Shown: positions 21,804-35,128 of the stretch, piece by piece | Position numbering within the stretch: position 1 is the stretch's first letter | How the letters are laid out: every line of letters begins with the position of its first letter | Origin: Antechinus flavipes | Taxonomy: Eukaryota | Length of the DNA stretch: 64,000 nt | Direction: 5' to 3' | Assembly (NCBI RefSeq): GCF_016432865.1 | Contig: NC_067403.1 | Span: forward strand, 38,812,001 to 38,876,000 | Notes under the pieces: generated by a model | What the model was told of the DNA's origin: nothing | Databases searched by the model: none | Seen by the model: only the letters and a program-made list of their open reading frames with translations | Translations under genes and position numbers: made by a program

Positions 21804-22486
21804 TTTTTTCATTTTTTATTAATGATTTTTTTTTTATTTTCAAAACATATGCACAGGTAATTTTCAACATTTGCCCTTGCAAAACCTTGTATTCCAGATT
21901 CTCTTCTTTCCCCCTCTCTTAGATGACAAATAATCCAATATGGGTTAAACATGTACAATTCCTCTATACATAATTCCACAAATATTATGCTGCACAAGAA
22001 AAATCAGATCAAAAAGGGAAAAATATTAGAAAGAAAACAAAAAGCAAATAAACAACAACAAAAAGAGTGAAGATGCTATGTTGTGATCCACATTCAGTTC
22101 CCACAGTCCTCTCTCTGGGTGCAGATGGCTCTCTCCATCACATGATTATTGGAACTGGCCTGAATCACTTTGCTGTTGAAAAGAGCCACATCCATCAGAA
22201 TTGATCATCATATAATCTTGTTGCTGTGTACAATCTTCTCTTGGTTTTATTCACTTCACTCAGCATCAATTCATTTAAGTCTTCCCGGGCCTCTCTGAAA
22301 TCATCCTGCTGATCATTTCTTAGAGAGCAATAATACTCCATAACATTCACATACCATAACATAGTCATTCCCCAGCTGATGGTCATCCCTCATTTCCAGT
22401 TTCTGGCCACTACAAAGAAGGTTGCCACAAACATTTTGCACAAGTGGGTCCCTTTCCTTCTTTATGATCTCTTTGGGATACAGGCT
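21804..22486 (-). mobile_element. L1 3' end including ORF2 C-terminal remnant
   Basis: ORF 22195-22386 (...EYYCSLRNDQQDDFREAREDLNELMLSE...LYDDQF) is the marsupial L1 end region. Likely TSD ctg(g/c)ttcagt(t/c)tt at 21791-21803 and 22487-22499. Confidence 0.88.
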
Positions 22487-23193
22487 CTGCTTCAGTCTTA
22501 AAGGCTTCTCAGTAATAACTTGATGGGCTCATGCTCTTATTCATGGTCTTCCCTGGGAGCATCTGAAATTAGCACATTTTTAGCTCTCCTCTAGGTGTCC
22601 TCAGTTCCTTTTGCAGGGGCCACGCTAGAAGTTTATCATGGCCAGCCAAGAACACAAAAAAGAGCCATAATTGAGACACTTAAGAAAATTTATCCTTCTA
22701 TTGAGCCTCATTTCCCAGGGACTGGTTTCCAGTCCTTCAGATTTACAGTATGAATCTGGGTGAGGCTTTCTTTTTAAGGGGAACACAACAGGAACTGACC
22801 AAAATTCCCAGAAACCTTTTATGGTAGATACTCAATAAATATTTGTCAAATTAAGCTTGTTGAAGCTGTGCAGCCCTCCAGACTTATAGTAATACCCTAG
22901 ATGGGCCCACCCTCTACAGAGAAAGAACTTAGGGGTTATTAAGGAGTCAGATAGTCTACAATTCTCATGACTCACAGTCCCAGCAAAGGGAAATGTTAGA
23001 GTTGCCCCTTCCTTTAGTGGTTCTTTGCTGCAATGATCCTCCTGGCCATTCAAAATGGGCAACTTCCCAATAGTCTGTTTCTATCTCCTGATATTTCCTT
23101 TATACACATTTTCTTTAGGACCCTGTTTGTGTGCAGACTTCTTTCTAAAGGAAACGAAAAGTTCCTTCTTCTCTGACTGACTCTCTGTCTCTA

Positions 23194-23343
23194 NNNNNNN
23201 NNNNNNNNNNNNNNNNNNNNNNNNNNNNNNNNNNNNNNNNNNNNNNNNNNNNNNNNNNNNNNNNNNNNNNNNNNNNNNNNNNNNNNNNNNNNNNNNNNNN
23301 NNNNNNNNNNNNNNNNNNNNNNNNNNNNNNNNNNNNNNNNNNN
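23194..23343. other. Assembly gap (150 N)
   Basis: N run next to CT/TC-rich simple sequence. Confidence 1.
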
Positions 23344-26300
23344 TCTTTTACTAAAGACCAAGAGTAAGTATGCATTTACTAAGAAGTAACTATGAATGTA
23401 AATTAGTGCCAAATTAAAAGCCTGGGGCTGGGGGGTGAGGGGAAGAAGGGGAGAAATGAAAATTGGAGAGAGGTGAATCCATACCTTATTAAAGAGACAT
23501 GACAGTTCCCACCTAGGGCATGCTGGACACAACCACTACATTCACAAAGCATTTACATGGACAGTACAGAAACACTTTGGTAAAGATATTCCATGTCTAT
23601 GATTGTCCAGGTCTAATTCTGACTCCTGGTCCAGGAATAATATTTATTTCAGATCCATTCTCAATAATAGATTTGGAAAGAAAAAATTTTTTCTTCTCAT
23701 TTCACTATTGGCCCACAGAGCAAAAGGAGGGTTGGTGATTTAGGTAGCCTTGGGGAGATCATCTGGACATTTCAGCTTGTATGTATGACATACAGGTAAG
23801 TCTCATTCTATCTTAAGTTGTCCATAAACAGAACCACAGAAAATTCACCGATATTTCAAGTAATCTACAGCTCTTGTGTCTTAAAGTACTTTCTAATTGA
23901 TCGCTTTTATCAATCTAGATGGTTTGATACTGGGTTTGCTGTGAAGCTCTGTCAGCTACCATTTAGGATGGACAGATAGAAAATAGAAAAAGCATTTACT
24001 AAACGCTCATTAAGCATTGAGTATGTACCTGGAGCAGGGTGATAAATAAAAGTAAAAAGAAGTAAAAACAGTCCCTCTCTCAAAAAGCGTGCATTCTAAT
24101 GGCAAAAGACAATACATGAGTAGACTTAGAGGGAAGAGGAATGGATGGTGAGGCTGGGAATATTCAGGAATACAGTGGAGGCCTGGAATGAGCAAGATAA
24201 TGCTGGCCTGTCAATACTCAGGATGGCTTCAAGGGGTTAGGATGGGGTGGGGGAAGGGGAAGAATACTTCTCAGCTGGGGAAGGAATTTACTTGATGTTG
24301 TAATTGTTATATAGAAAACATGGCTAGAGATGGTCACGTTTTCTGGAAGCACACCAATAAACTACATGGTACTCCAAACAATCGGTTTAGCTCAAATGCT
24401 TCCATTTGCCTGGTTTGTTCATATGATTCAACTTATTCTCCAAAAGAATGGGGTTTTACTAGGATATGGGAAATGCCTTCCCTGTCCATTGTGGGTTCTT
24501 TGGTTAGAATGCCTTTTTTTCGGTTCCTAAATATTTTTTCCCTAAGCCACGCAAACTAGGAGCTGGTTTCCAGGCTGGAAGCTCTGTTGTTTTTGTCCTG
24601 TTCATTATGCAGTTCAAATTTCCAAAATTCCAAGTTGTCTTTGTGAGATTTTAAGAGCAAGACTAGCCTTGAGCTTCCTACTCCACAAGGGGATGCTAAA
24701 GAGCAACAGAAGCTAAAGACTTTTGCTAAATTTCTGCTCTTGGCTGCACTGTCATGCCCATGAATAATCCCTTTCTGTAGCCGGATAATGAATCTCTCTC
24801 CATCTCTTTGGTTTACTTTTCTACATATAAAACCTTGTTATGTAATCAGTCAGCTTCTCCTCTACAAGATAGACGTCAGTATGGCTTTAGTCAAATGCAT
24901 CAATCCCTCTGAGCTTTTAATCTTCTTTGCTATTTCTTAGGATCTTCTAATATTCCTAGTTATTCTAAGTTCCCAGACAGATGTGGCTTTCAAAAATAGG
25001 AATATAAATAAACTAGACCAGTCTCATCTCTTCTTTCCACCATCCCCAGGTATATATTACATAGTATGCTTCTCTTCTCCATCCTCACCCCAGATTTTCC
25101 CAGATGTTAAAAATCTGAATTAAACTAGATTTGAGGGGAAAAAATTAGGCACAAATGGCAGCCTGATGGGGTTGGGAAGGGACCTTTGTTGCTAAAACAA
25201 CAGCCTCAGTATGGGGCATGAGAAAGGAGGAAAAAACCAACCAAGAAATTTCCATATGTATTGTCAAGGCCCCTGAATCCAGAGCCTCAGTCATTGCCCA
25301 GACACTTAATCCCGTAGTTTTCCCCAAACAAGACCCAGATCACCCTATTTCCTCCATTTTAGTGATCCTTTGTTAATTTTCAGAATAAGAAAATTAGTTT
25401 GGGTCAGTAAGCAGAGAGTAAGGAACTTTTTTTTTTTTAAAGGGATGTTTGAGGAAAAGAGGGCAGAGATTTGTGTGTGGCTGTAGGAAATCTAGAAAAA
25501 GGTTCCCACCTCTACTGCACGGTGAAATAAAACTCAAGAAAATCTGCATGACTCTGGTGCTGGCTGCTGGGAGCAAGATGGGCAGTGAAAGGGATTTACT
25601 TACCCTAACCCATAGATCAAGTGGACCAAGAGGGATTTCCAGCTGAGGAGAAAGCAAAGGAAGTCAAATAGCTAGTCACCCCGAGAGACTCTTGTGCTAG
25701 CTGGTTCCTGCTGTGATATTGCCCCTTTCACAGAAGAATAAATGAGCAGAGACTGAACTGAGAATAGCTTGAGGCTTTTGTGAAAGTCCCACTGCTGTGC
25801 TTAACTTTTCAAGGTGGTATCTTTGGGCGAACTCAAGAGCAGACTTAGTTACCCTACCCACCTAGCTGCTGACACCTGCATTTTATCCTAACCCGTCTGC
25901 AAAGGTAGAAACTTCACACAAGGATCCAATTATAGTGACAAGAGCTTAATCATAACAAGTGCTATTTCTGTGTTTCTTTCCAGTAAGCAGAATTAACATT
26001 CCCTCATGATGTTGAGATACTAAATTGTTAATAACCTCCCTAAGGGAAGCTACTTAAATTATCTATCTCTTGTATTATTGCCAGTTAAAAGATGGCTTAC
26101 TGACACATTTTCATTGATTGAGTAAGACACGTTGAAATGTTGTTACTCTCTTTGGCTTCTTTGGGGATCAACCTAGTCTTCCTTCTTCCTTTTTTAGTTC
26201 CACCTTTTTCTCTTTGGAGGGTACTGTTGTTTAATGTCAAATGAATGAGAATGTACTTCTCAGGTGACACATGATTAATAGATAGATTAGAAAGAAAGAA

Positions 26301-26869
26301 AAAAATTCAAGAGGAGTTACCCAACTGTCATGCAAAAAGCTGTTATCTTAGCATGAAACTAGAGAGGCTTCCTCTATCTCAACTTTCTCTCCCTAAGCTT
26401 TCCTAGACTGAAGGAAAAAAGACCAATGAATTTGGAATCAAGGGACCTGAATCTGACCCTATATCTATTAGGGGATGATTCTTGTTTTTATAAATTTGAA
26501 TTAAAGTTTGAATTTGTCAGCTGTGTTGAGGATGGATTGGATACCCCTAACCTAGGCTGTGTATCACAAGTGAGTTACTCTCCTTCTCTGGGCTTCAGTT
26601 TCTCCATCTGTAAAGAGAAGAGGTTGGGTAAGCTGTTAAGGTTTTTTCTCTTGCCACATTGATGATCCTCTAATCTCCACCTTAATTTTCAAACCTTTCT
26701 TTAAAACAATCATAAATCAATTTGGAAAAAAAGTTTAGACAAATTATAAGATTATCATAATAATTCAAGCAAGAGGTGACATACATCTGGATTCCAGTAG
26801 TTATGGTATAATTATAGAGAAGGAAAGCTATTGGAAAGGTATCGAGGAGTTAGAATCGATAAGACTTAA

Positions 26870-27260
26870 AAATTGATTGACTTGAACAAAAACATCTATA
26901 CCAGTTCTTTTAGTGGTGGCTAAGAATTGGAAATCGAGGGGATGCCCATCAATCAGGGAATGGCTGAACAAATCATGGTGTGTGATTGTGATGGAATACT
27001 ATTGTGCTATAAGAAATGATAAATAGGATGATTTTGGAAAAACCTCTAAATTCTTATATAAACTTATGCAAAGTGAAGTGAGCAGAACTGAGGGAATGTT
27101 GTGAACTGTAATAGAAACATTGCATGATGAAGAATTGTGATGAGTTAGCTATTTTCAACAATACAATGATCAAAAAGCTATCTGTCTCCAGAGAAAGAAC
27201 TGATATTGTCTGAATACAGACTGAAGCAGACTATTTTCCTCTTTCTTCCTCTCTTCCTTT
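26870..27260 (+). mobile_element. L1 3'-region fragment (sense; rare orientation in this window)
   Basis: gtggtggctaagaattggaaatcgaggggatgcccatcaatcagggaatggctgaac...ccagagaaagaactgat. Confidence 0.85.
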
Positions 27261-27429
27261 CTTCCAGGGATAAATAATAGCGATATAAAAGACAAAACAA
27301 AAACCCAATAACTTTTTTAAAATACAAATATGAAATGTAACAGGAGTCAGATAAAAAAATCTATACTTTCCAGAGTGCTATGAAATAAAGCTTGCTCTAT
27401 CACAATAGGAACTATATTTCCAAAGAGAT

Positions 27430-27670
27430 CCCTTGGTGTCATTTTTTAGTTGTGTCCAACTCTCCATGACTCCATCTGGAGTTTTCCTGGCAGAAATACT
27501 GGAGCAGTTTGCCATTTCCTTCTTCAACTAATTTTATAGAAAAGGAAACAGAAGCAAACAGGTTTAAGTGACTTGCCCAAAGTAATATAGCCAGTAAATG
27601 TCTGAGGTCAGATTTGAACTCAGGAAGATGAGCGCTCTATCCACTACAGTGTCACCTAACTGCCCCCCAC
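27430..27670 (-). mobile_element. Mar1-type CORE-SINE
   Basis: Reverse complement of head (gatttgaactcaggaagatgag...ctatccact) and RTE-like tail (gtttgccatttccttc). Confidence 0.75.
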
Positions 27671-27954
27671 TTGTTAACTAGTCAGGGGATGTTATCATGG
27701 AAAAGAGATGTAGAGACAGAAAGAGATTTCAAATCATGAGGATAAGCAGGAACAAAGCTAGTTATGGGTTGAACAATCAGACCATCAGCTAGAGCGGAGG
27801 ACATGCTCTGAGACACGGGGGCTTGAGGCTGCTCCTCTCCCTTCAGATACATGTTGGGGGAAATAGTGAAGGGGGAAGCAAGGATGAAAAACTTTTCAAG
27901 GACAATAAGAATGTAGTCATTTGGGGTGTGGTTACTGGAAAAGTTTCTCTCTTT

Positions 27955-28070
27955 TTAAAAATTTTACTTATTTTATTATAGTTTTTTATTTACAAGATAT
28001 ATGCATGGGTAATTTTTCAGCATCGACAACTGCAAAACCTTTTGTTCCAATTTTTCCCCCTCAAAAATTT
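27955..28070 (-). mobile_element. Short L1 3' end
   Basis: tttttatttacaagatatatgcatgggtaatttttcagcat...aaaccttttgttccaa. Confidence 0.8.
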
Positions 28071-29788
28071 CTCTTTTAAAAATTCTTTTAAAACAATTTC
28101 AACTAAATGTACTTGCTGACTAAACTGTTTGCTTGGGTTAATGTTAGTGTGCTGATCACTGAGTATTTAACCATGAGTTAATTTTATCTGTTCCCAGTTT
28201 CACAGCGGTCTCAAGATGTTCTGGGGCTCACTCACTGGGGAAAATTGCACACAATGAACCCAGATTCTCCGAGGGAACTAGTGCTAGCTTGCTTGTGGAT
28301 AACATTCTTGTCATCACAAGAATTTTCTTATTCTTATTATGATACAGATCAGTTTTTATTTCATTCCACAGAAAATGCAGATGGTAAAAAGGACCTTCCT
28401 AAGCATGTACATTGAGACAGAAACACATAGTTAAGGGAACATCACTGATAAAGTGTTTCAGAACATCATCCAAAATCCCAGGTTTCTCTCAAAGGAATCA
28501 TTCCCAATCCTTTCAGACTGGCCAGTTACCAAAAATGAGTGATAAAAAGCATCTACTTGAGTAAGCCTTTTTGTCAGAGGGGAGGGTGAAGAAAACAATT
28601 TTTTCCATGGAAATACCATTGTAAAGATAAACAACTTTGAAAGACTGAAGAACTCTTACTGTTGTGATGATCAACAGAGATTCCAGAGCACCAGTGATAA
28701 AACCTGCTACCCATCTCCTGACAGAGATGCAGGATGCAAAATGAGACATATATAGGGTGTCATAAAAGCCTTACTGAAGTTTTAGGCTTCTTCTTACCGT
28801 TCTTTAGTCATGTGGGACTCTTGGAGATGCTGTAGACTAACCACAATGGCTCTGGGATTTTCTTGACCAAGCTCTGCCATTCTTTCTCCAGTGGATTAAG
28901 ACAAAGGTTAAATTAAAGGTGTATGTAGCAAGTAAGTGTTGGAGGCCACTGCTAATCCAGTACTCTATTTATTGACCCCTCTAGCTTCCTCAAAGTTTTA
29001 AGCTACTAAAGCTAAAAACTGCTCTAAGATTTTTAGTGTGCCCTGTATTTTTTGGATATGTCAGTGAGGAAATCTGTTTTGCTTGACTATACCTATTTGT
29101 TATAAGGATTTCTTTTTTCTCTTTCAATATAGGAAGAATGGAGAGTGAGAGAAAATGGATTTTGAATTGAAAAAAATTAATTTTTTTACAAATAATTCGG
29201 GGATAGTATGTGCTTTTTGAACTATCTTGTGATTGTGTCTGGACACCAGCAATCCAGATTGTGGTCAGGTCAGCCGTGGAGATGAGAGTTCTGGAGACTT
29301 CCTTCTTCTTCCTTGGCAACTGATTCATGCTGGGATGAGTGGAGGTGCAAGCAGATGCCAGCTCTCAATGGTTACCAGAGACTTAAGGATCCTCTCTCTC
29401 TTAGTTTTCTGTTTTTTATATTCAGAGGTTACTGTCAACAAAGAAAAGTCTACTTTTCCTATTGTTCATCTCACTGCCTCTTCTCTCTCTCTCTCTACTG
29501 TGTGACCCTACTCAATTTACTTAGTCTGCCTCAGTTTCCACAACTGTAAAATGGGAATGATCATAGAATTCCCAGAGTTATTGTAAAAATCTTTATAAAG
29601 TAGTTAGGATAGGTGCTTAGTAAGTGCTGATTTACTTCCTTCCTTCCTTGTTTCTCTTTGAAACCCTCTTGGAAGCTTGGGCTTCCAACATGGGTTGTGG
29701 TCACCCATATCCCTTCCCCTACCTGAAGTAAGATGGGGAAGCCCAAATAGTCAGAGGAACATTTTACTTTTTGAGTCAATACCATTTT

Positions 29789-30191
29789 TTAAATAATAAT
29801 AGCTTTTAATTTTTTTTAAATACATGCAAAGATAGTTTAAACATTTGCCCTTGCAAAAATCTTGTGTTTCAAAATTTTCTCTCCACCTACCTTCTCCCCT
29901 AGATGGCAAGTAATCCAATATAGATTAAACATGTGCAATTCTTCTAAATATATTTCCATATTTATCATGCAGCACAAGAAAAATCAGATCAAAAGGAAAA
30001 CAAAACGAGAAAGAAAAAAAAAAACAAGCAAGCAAACAACAATAACAACAACAAAGGTGAAAATACTATGCTGTGATTTACATTCAGTCCCCATGGTCCT
30101 CTCTCTGGTTGCAGATGACTCTCTCCATCACAAGAGCATTGGAACTGGCCTGAATCACCTCCTTGTTGAAAAGAGTCACATCCGTCACAGG
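29789..30191 (-). mobile_element. L1 3' end with 13-bp exact TSD
   Basis: L1 3'UTR antisense. TSD tgagtcaatacca at 29772-29784 and 30192-30204. Confidence 0.9.
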
Positions 30192-31369
30192 TGAGTCAAT
30201 ACCAATTTTGATCTGAGTTTTGTTGCCATTTAAAGTTGTCTTCAAAATGAAACAGAAAAATGCAGAGCAACAAAAAGTTGTAGTAATTATGTAGGACAGG
30301 GAGGTATGGTAGTAAATAAGGCAGCTCAGGGTTCAAGTTCTGCCTTTGATACCTATTGGCTGTGTAAGTCTGGAAAAGTCACTTATTCAAGGTAAGCTCG
30401 AAGGCTAAGTAAGAATGGAGTGACTGATCTGAATAGATAGAAGGAGTCTCCCTACTGGGAATTTCCCAGACCAATGAAATTATGGATTTTTTAGTTTACT
30501 TTACCCAATCTGTACCATGTCTTTCCCCGATTCTTAGAATTTTTCACATTTATTATTCCTTCTGATATAATACTATTCCATTGCATTGATATGCCAGTAT
30601 TTGGTTAGCATTTCCCCAATTATTGGACACACATTTTTTTTCAAATTGTTTTTTGCTCTTAGAAATAGCAATGCCACGAATATTTTCAAACAGATTGTTT
30701 TTTAAAAATAAACTCAATAGTGAGATTTTTGGGTCAGAAGGGATGAATAATTTGGTAATTCTTCTTGTATTATTCCAAATTGTTTTCTAAAACAAACTGC
30801 TCTACCAGCAGTGAATTAGTATACTCGTTTTCCCCAAAACCTGGCAAATATTGCAGTTTTCTATCTTTGCCAACTCGATGGGTAGGAGGTGTTACCTTCA
30901 ACTTGTTTTAATTTGTAGTCAATATTTCATGCTACATATATGGAATTAAATCCTCTTGAATTCACCGGGTGATCCCATTCAAATATGCAAATGACCACAT
31001 TTGAGTCCCTGAATTAACTAGAAAAACAATTACTATTTGCTTTGTTAGAGTAGTTTCCCTGTTCTTGCCTTCCAGTTTTTGGTAATGTGCTTCGAATTCA
31101 AATTAGGAACTTTGTCAGTGGTTTTCAGTGCCCTAAGTTGCTATATTTCCCCTTGGGAAACAAGCAGAAGGCTATAAATTAAGCTCTTTTTAGCAGCTGA
31201 GGAGGGCTTAACATTATTAGTCCTTTGAACGAATCTCCCAGAGGGTTAAAAAAAAAAAAAGTATTTCTGTACTCTTCAGTGCCCTACTTCCTCTCAAGAG
31301 ATCCTCGACTCTGAGTCTAAACAAAAAAAGAATCTGAAAGTTTGGGGTATCCAAAGTTTTTAGACAATC

Positions 31370-31900
31370 TTATCTTATCTTAAGGCATTGCAGGTGATAC
31401 AGAACAAAAGTAAATTATAAGTCTCTAACCTCCAGAAGCTGATTAACTGACGTCAAGGGCTATCTCCCTTTACAAGATGTTCTAATAGTTTCTAATCTGT
31501 AATTAATTTATGGCATGCTCTATAAGGGCAGAAAAGGAGAAGATTAATGTGGAGTAGAATATGAAGACTGGTCTTCATGGAGGGGGAATGACTTGAAGTT
31601 AGCCTGAAGAGAAAGGTAGCATTTTTAACAGGTTGAGGGGGGGAGGAAGCAGACATTAGAGGTACAAGACAAGACTTTCAAGGTGGAAAATGAACATGTT
31701 TGTGAGACATTAAATTGGATAGATAGGATGGGACCAGATTGTGGAATACCTACAGAGGAGTTAACTCTAATGTGATAGGAAATAAGAACCTTGGAAAGGT
31801 TTTCAACCCTGGGAATAGCATGATGAAAGCAACATTTGTGGACCATGACCATTCTATAAGAGAGCTTGGAAATAATTGATATCACAGAAGAAATTAGACA
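31370..31900 (-). mobile_element. L2 fragment
   Basis: Purine-rich antisense L2 pattern (aaggcattgcaggtgatac...gggctatctcccttt; ggaaataagaaccttggaaagg...gatgaaagcaacattt). Confidence 0.55.
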
Positions 31901-32062
31901 GAAGTTTGTTGTGGTTGTTCAGGTACAAGGCAATAAACTGGGGTTCTGACTGTGAGGATAGAAAAGAAAAGACAAATAGGAGAGACATTTAGAAGAATCA
32001 ACTGGATTTGTTGAATGATTAAATAGAGGATGAAGGAAAGGGATGAATCAAAGTTGGTTTTA

Positions 32063-32221
32063 GGGGGCAGCTAGTTGGTACAGTGGATAAAGCACTAGCC
32101 CTGAAGTCAGGAGGACCCGAGTTCCAATCTGATGTCAGACACTTAACACTTTCTAGCTGTGTGACCCCTGGGCAAGTTACTTAAACCCAATAGCCTCAGC
32201 CAAAAAAATAAATTGTTTAAA
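32063..32221 (+). mobile_element. WSINE1-type SINE with 18-bp TSD
   Basis: TSD gaatcaaagttggtt(t/c)ta at 32045-32062 and 32222-32239. Confidence 0.9.
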
Positions 32222-33433
32222 GAATCAAAGTTGGTTCTAAAATTTTTTGAAATCAAAAAGTGGCTAAAAGACTGAGAATGGGCAAACAAAAAATGATAGC
32301 ATCTTTCATAAAAATTCACCTCAAAACTAATTATGTAAATCATGTAAAAACCAATTATGCAATTATTCATTGCTTATTTTAAAGCTGTCTAAGTAAACAC
32401 ACCAAATGACATTTTTTTCCTTTTTTTGAACATGCAGGAGCATCCTTATTGTCACGGTATATTTATTTATCTCAGAGTTTTAGTCCCTCCATGGGCTAAT
32501 CAATTGTCTAACAGGGGAAATGTGGTTTCATGGCCACAGACTGGACTCTAAACCCCTTCAAATGGCCATCTGGGCAAATGTGCGTCACTTGTCCCAGAGG
32601 GGACTGCCACAGGATCATCAGTTCAGATCTGGAAGAAAGGTCAGCTCTTTCAGCTGTTTCATTTGACAGCAGAGGAAACTAAACCCAGCAAAATTAAGTG
32701 TTAAGCCGAGTTTATATCTGATCAGTGACTGTCCATCAGGGGAAATTCATTCCTCCATGTTTCATAAGAATTTTTGATTTCCTTTTATTAGTCTTTATTA
32801 TTTGAGATCTCTGAAAAAATCTATGTTTTTCTACGTTCATCTCAAAATAGGAAGATAAGGAATCAAGCCTTTATTGTGTGTACTATGTGTCAGATGCTGC
32901 CTCTAAGGCAGATGCTATAATTATCCCCATTTTACAGCTGAAAAAACTGAGAACTGATTTGCTCAGGGTCGAAAATTAATATCTGAGGTTAAATTTGAAC
33001 TCATCTTCCTAAGTCCTCATCCAGGATTCTATCAGAGAGCCTGTAGTGGCTGTCCAGCTGTGTCCTCCCACAGGAAAGCAAATGTTTCTTTTCTCCCCAG
33101 GCTTTTCCCTCCCTTCATTTATTGATTTTTTTCAGCACTTGTTTCTGCTCAAGTATTTTTCTCAGAGTTAGTAAGAAAAAAGGGAGAGATTCCTGACGAG
33201 GATTCAGGAGAAATGGATTCTATTCCTGGGAATTCCATTGTTCTCCCTTTGCCCCCCTTAACCTTTTAACATGTGCACTTCTGCTGTCCACTTCCTTTCC
33301 AGCAGGAAGGTTAGCATGAAGCCATCAGGGTTTCCCTTATAGCCTCTTTAATTAGGGCTGGGGGCTCTGGAGGGAGGAAATAACTCCTTAAAAAGCCTAC
33401 AGTTACCTCTTTTCCAAGCGGATATGCTTCTGT

Positions 33434-33452
33434 TAGCCACCAGATGGAAGCA
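33434..33452 (+). promoter_or_regulatory. Candidate CTCF site
   Basis: TAGCCACCAGATGGAAGCA fits the CTCF core CCACCAG(A/G)(G/T)GG; the only clear deviation is A in place of C after the GG. Lies in sequence with no recognisable repeat. Confidence 0.5.
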
Positions 33453-34339
33453 TCACACAGAGATTATCGGTAAACCTTGACCTGCTCTTTGTTTTCCCTT
33501 TCATGGTCTGTCCTTAATCCCCAGAAGCTGGGAGAGGAGCCATTGAAAGCAGCTCTGAAGTAGTTGTGTGATGATGTATTTCCCTCACAAATTAGATTTC
33601 CAGAATAGGGAGCCGTGCAGCCACTCAGCAAATAGTCCATAAGAATTGACAATGATGAGCAATAGATACATCTGAATTTTGAATTTAAAGGTATGTTTTT
33701 AAAAGCACATTTCTAAAAGGGACAGGATTAGTTCATATGAATTCATTATGTGCCAGACAAAGAAATCATTGGCAAGAAAAAAATAGTGTCTGCCTTCAAG
33801 GAGCTTACATTCTATTAGAGCAAATCACACAGATCTATGTAAATATATACAAAATAAATACAAGCAAATGGAGAGGGCTTGCAGCTGGGAGGAAGGGAAA
33901 GTTTGCCTGGTGAGGGTGAGGGTCTTGGAGGAGGCTTGAGGTTCTTAGAGGCAAAAGAGAAGAGGAAATGAGTTCCAAGCTTTTGCAAAGCTTTGGAGAT
34001 AGGAGTTATGGACTGTACATTAAAAAATTATAATGATAAACAATGTAGAATAATTAGCCTACTCCCTGGTTCTCTGAACTTGTCCTCTGCCCATTTCAAC
34101 TCCCATAATGTGATTTTCTTTTCACTTTCACACTAACATTTCTTCCTAATTTTCTTCTCTTCTCTTGATATAGTGTTTGCAGTGCCTGATTAGTGAAACT
34201 GAAGGTCTTGGGGAATAGATAGATAGTCAGGCAGATAAATGATCAACAGGCAAAACAGACAGGCAAGCAGGTGGGCAGACAGATAAATCATAGATGATTC
34301 AGCCTCAGTGCATCTTGAAAAGGCCTAGGTCTCCCTCTG

Positions 34340-34515
34340 CATCCAGATCAGTTGTTCTGATCTATGTCTGGCCACTGGACCCAGGTGGCTCTGGAGAAGA
34401 GAGGGAGACTGGTGACTTTGCACAGCCCTCCATCACTTCAACCCAATTCACTTGCATATCATAGCATCATCTCCCTGATGTCATGGTCCTCTTGGAGAAC
34501 AAAGGACATACAACA
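34340..34515. mobile_element. RTE-related SINE (same family as 9312-9490)
   Basis: ctgatctatgtctggccactggacccaggtggctctggag...gatgtcatggtcctcttggagaacaaaggac. Confidence 0.65.
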
Positions 34516-34696
34516 ACAGATAGATGATTCAGCCCCAATGTATCGTTAGCTCCAAATGGAATCTCAAGATAACCAGGACCCAACTCCTTACAAGGAAGCT
34601 AGAGCAGAAGAGAAAGGACAGCTGGAAACTAAAGAGAGTTTAGTCAGGAATATGAGTCTTTTTTACTTTAGGACCAAGCTGCCTACTACACCACTT

Positions 34697-35128
34697 NNNN
34701 NNNNNNNNNNNNNNNNNNNNNNNNNNNNNNNNNNNNNNNNNNNNNNNNNNNNNNNNNNNNNNNNNNNNNNNNNNNNNNNNNNNNNNNNNNNNNNNNNNNN
34801 NNNNNNNNNNNNNNNNNNNNNNNNNNNNNNNNNNNNNNNNNNNNNNNNNNNNNNNNNNNNNNNNNNNNNNNNNNNNNNNNNNNNNNNNNNNNNNNNNNNN
34901 NNNNNNNNNNNNNNNNNNNNNNNNNNNNNNNNNNNNNNNNNNNNNNNNNNNNNNNNNNNNNNNNNNNNNNNNNNNNNNNNNNNNNNNNNNNNNNNNNNNN
35001 NNNNNNNNNNNNNNNNNNNNNNNNNNNNNNNNNNNNNNNNNNNNNNNNNNNNNNNNNNNNNNNNNNNNNNNNNNNNNNNNNNNNNNNNNNNNNNNNNNNN
35101 NNNNNNNNNNNNNNNNNNNNNNNNNNNN
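34697..35128. other. Assembly gap (432 N)
   Basis: N run. Confidence 1.

Noticed and set aside
23423-24259. G-quadruplex-like runs at ~23423-23450 and ~24233-24259
   Set aside because: Common in purine-rich repeat-derived DNA; nothing indicates function.
30976-30992. Octamer ATGCAAAT (30985-30992) with upstream CATTCAA as a Sox-Oct composite
   Set aside because: The Sox half and spacing do not fit the composite; a lone octamer is expected by chance.
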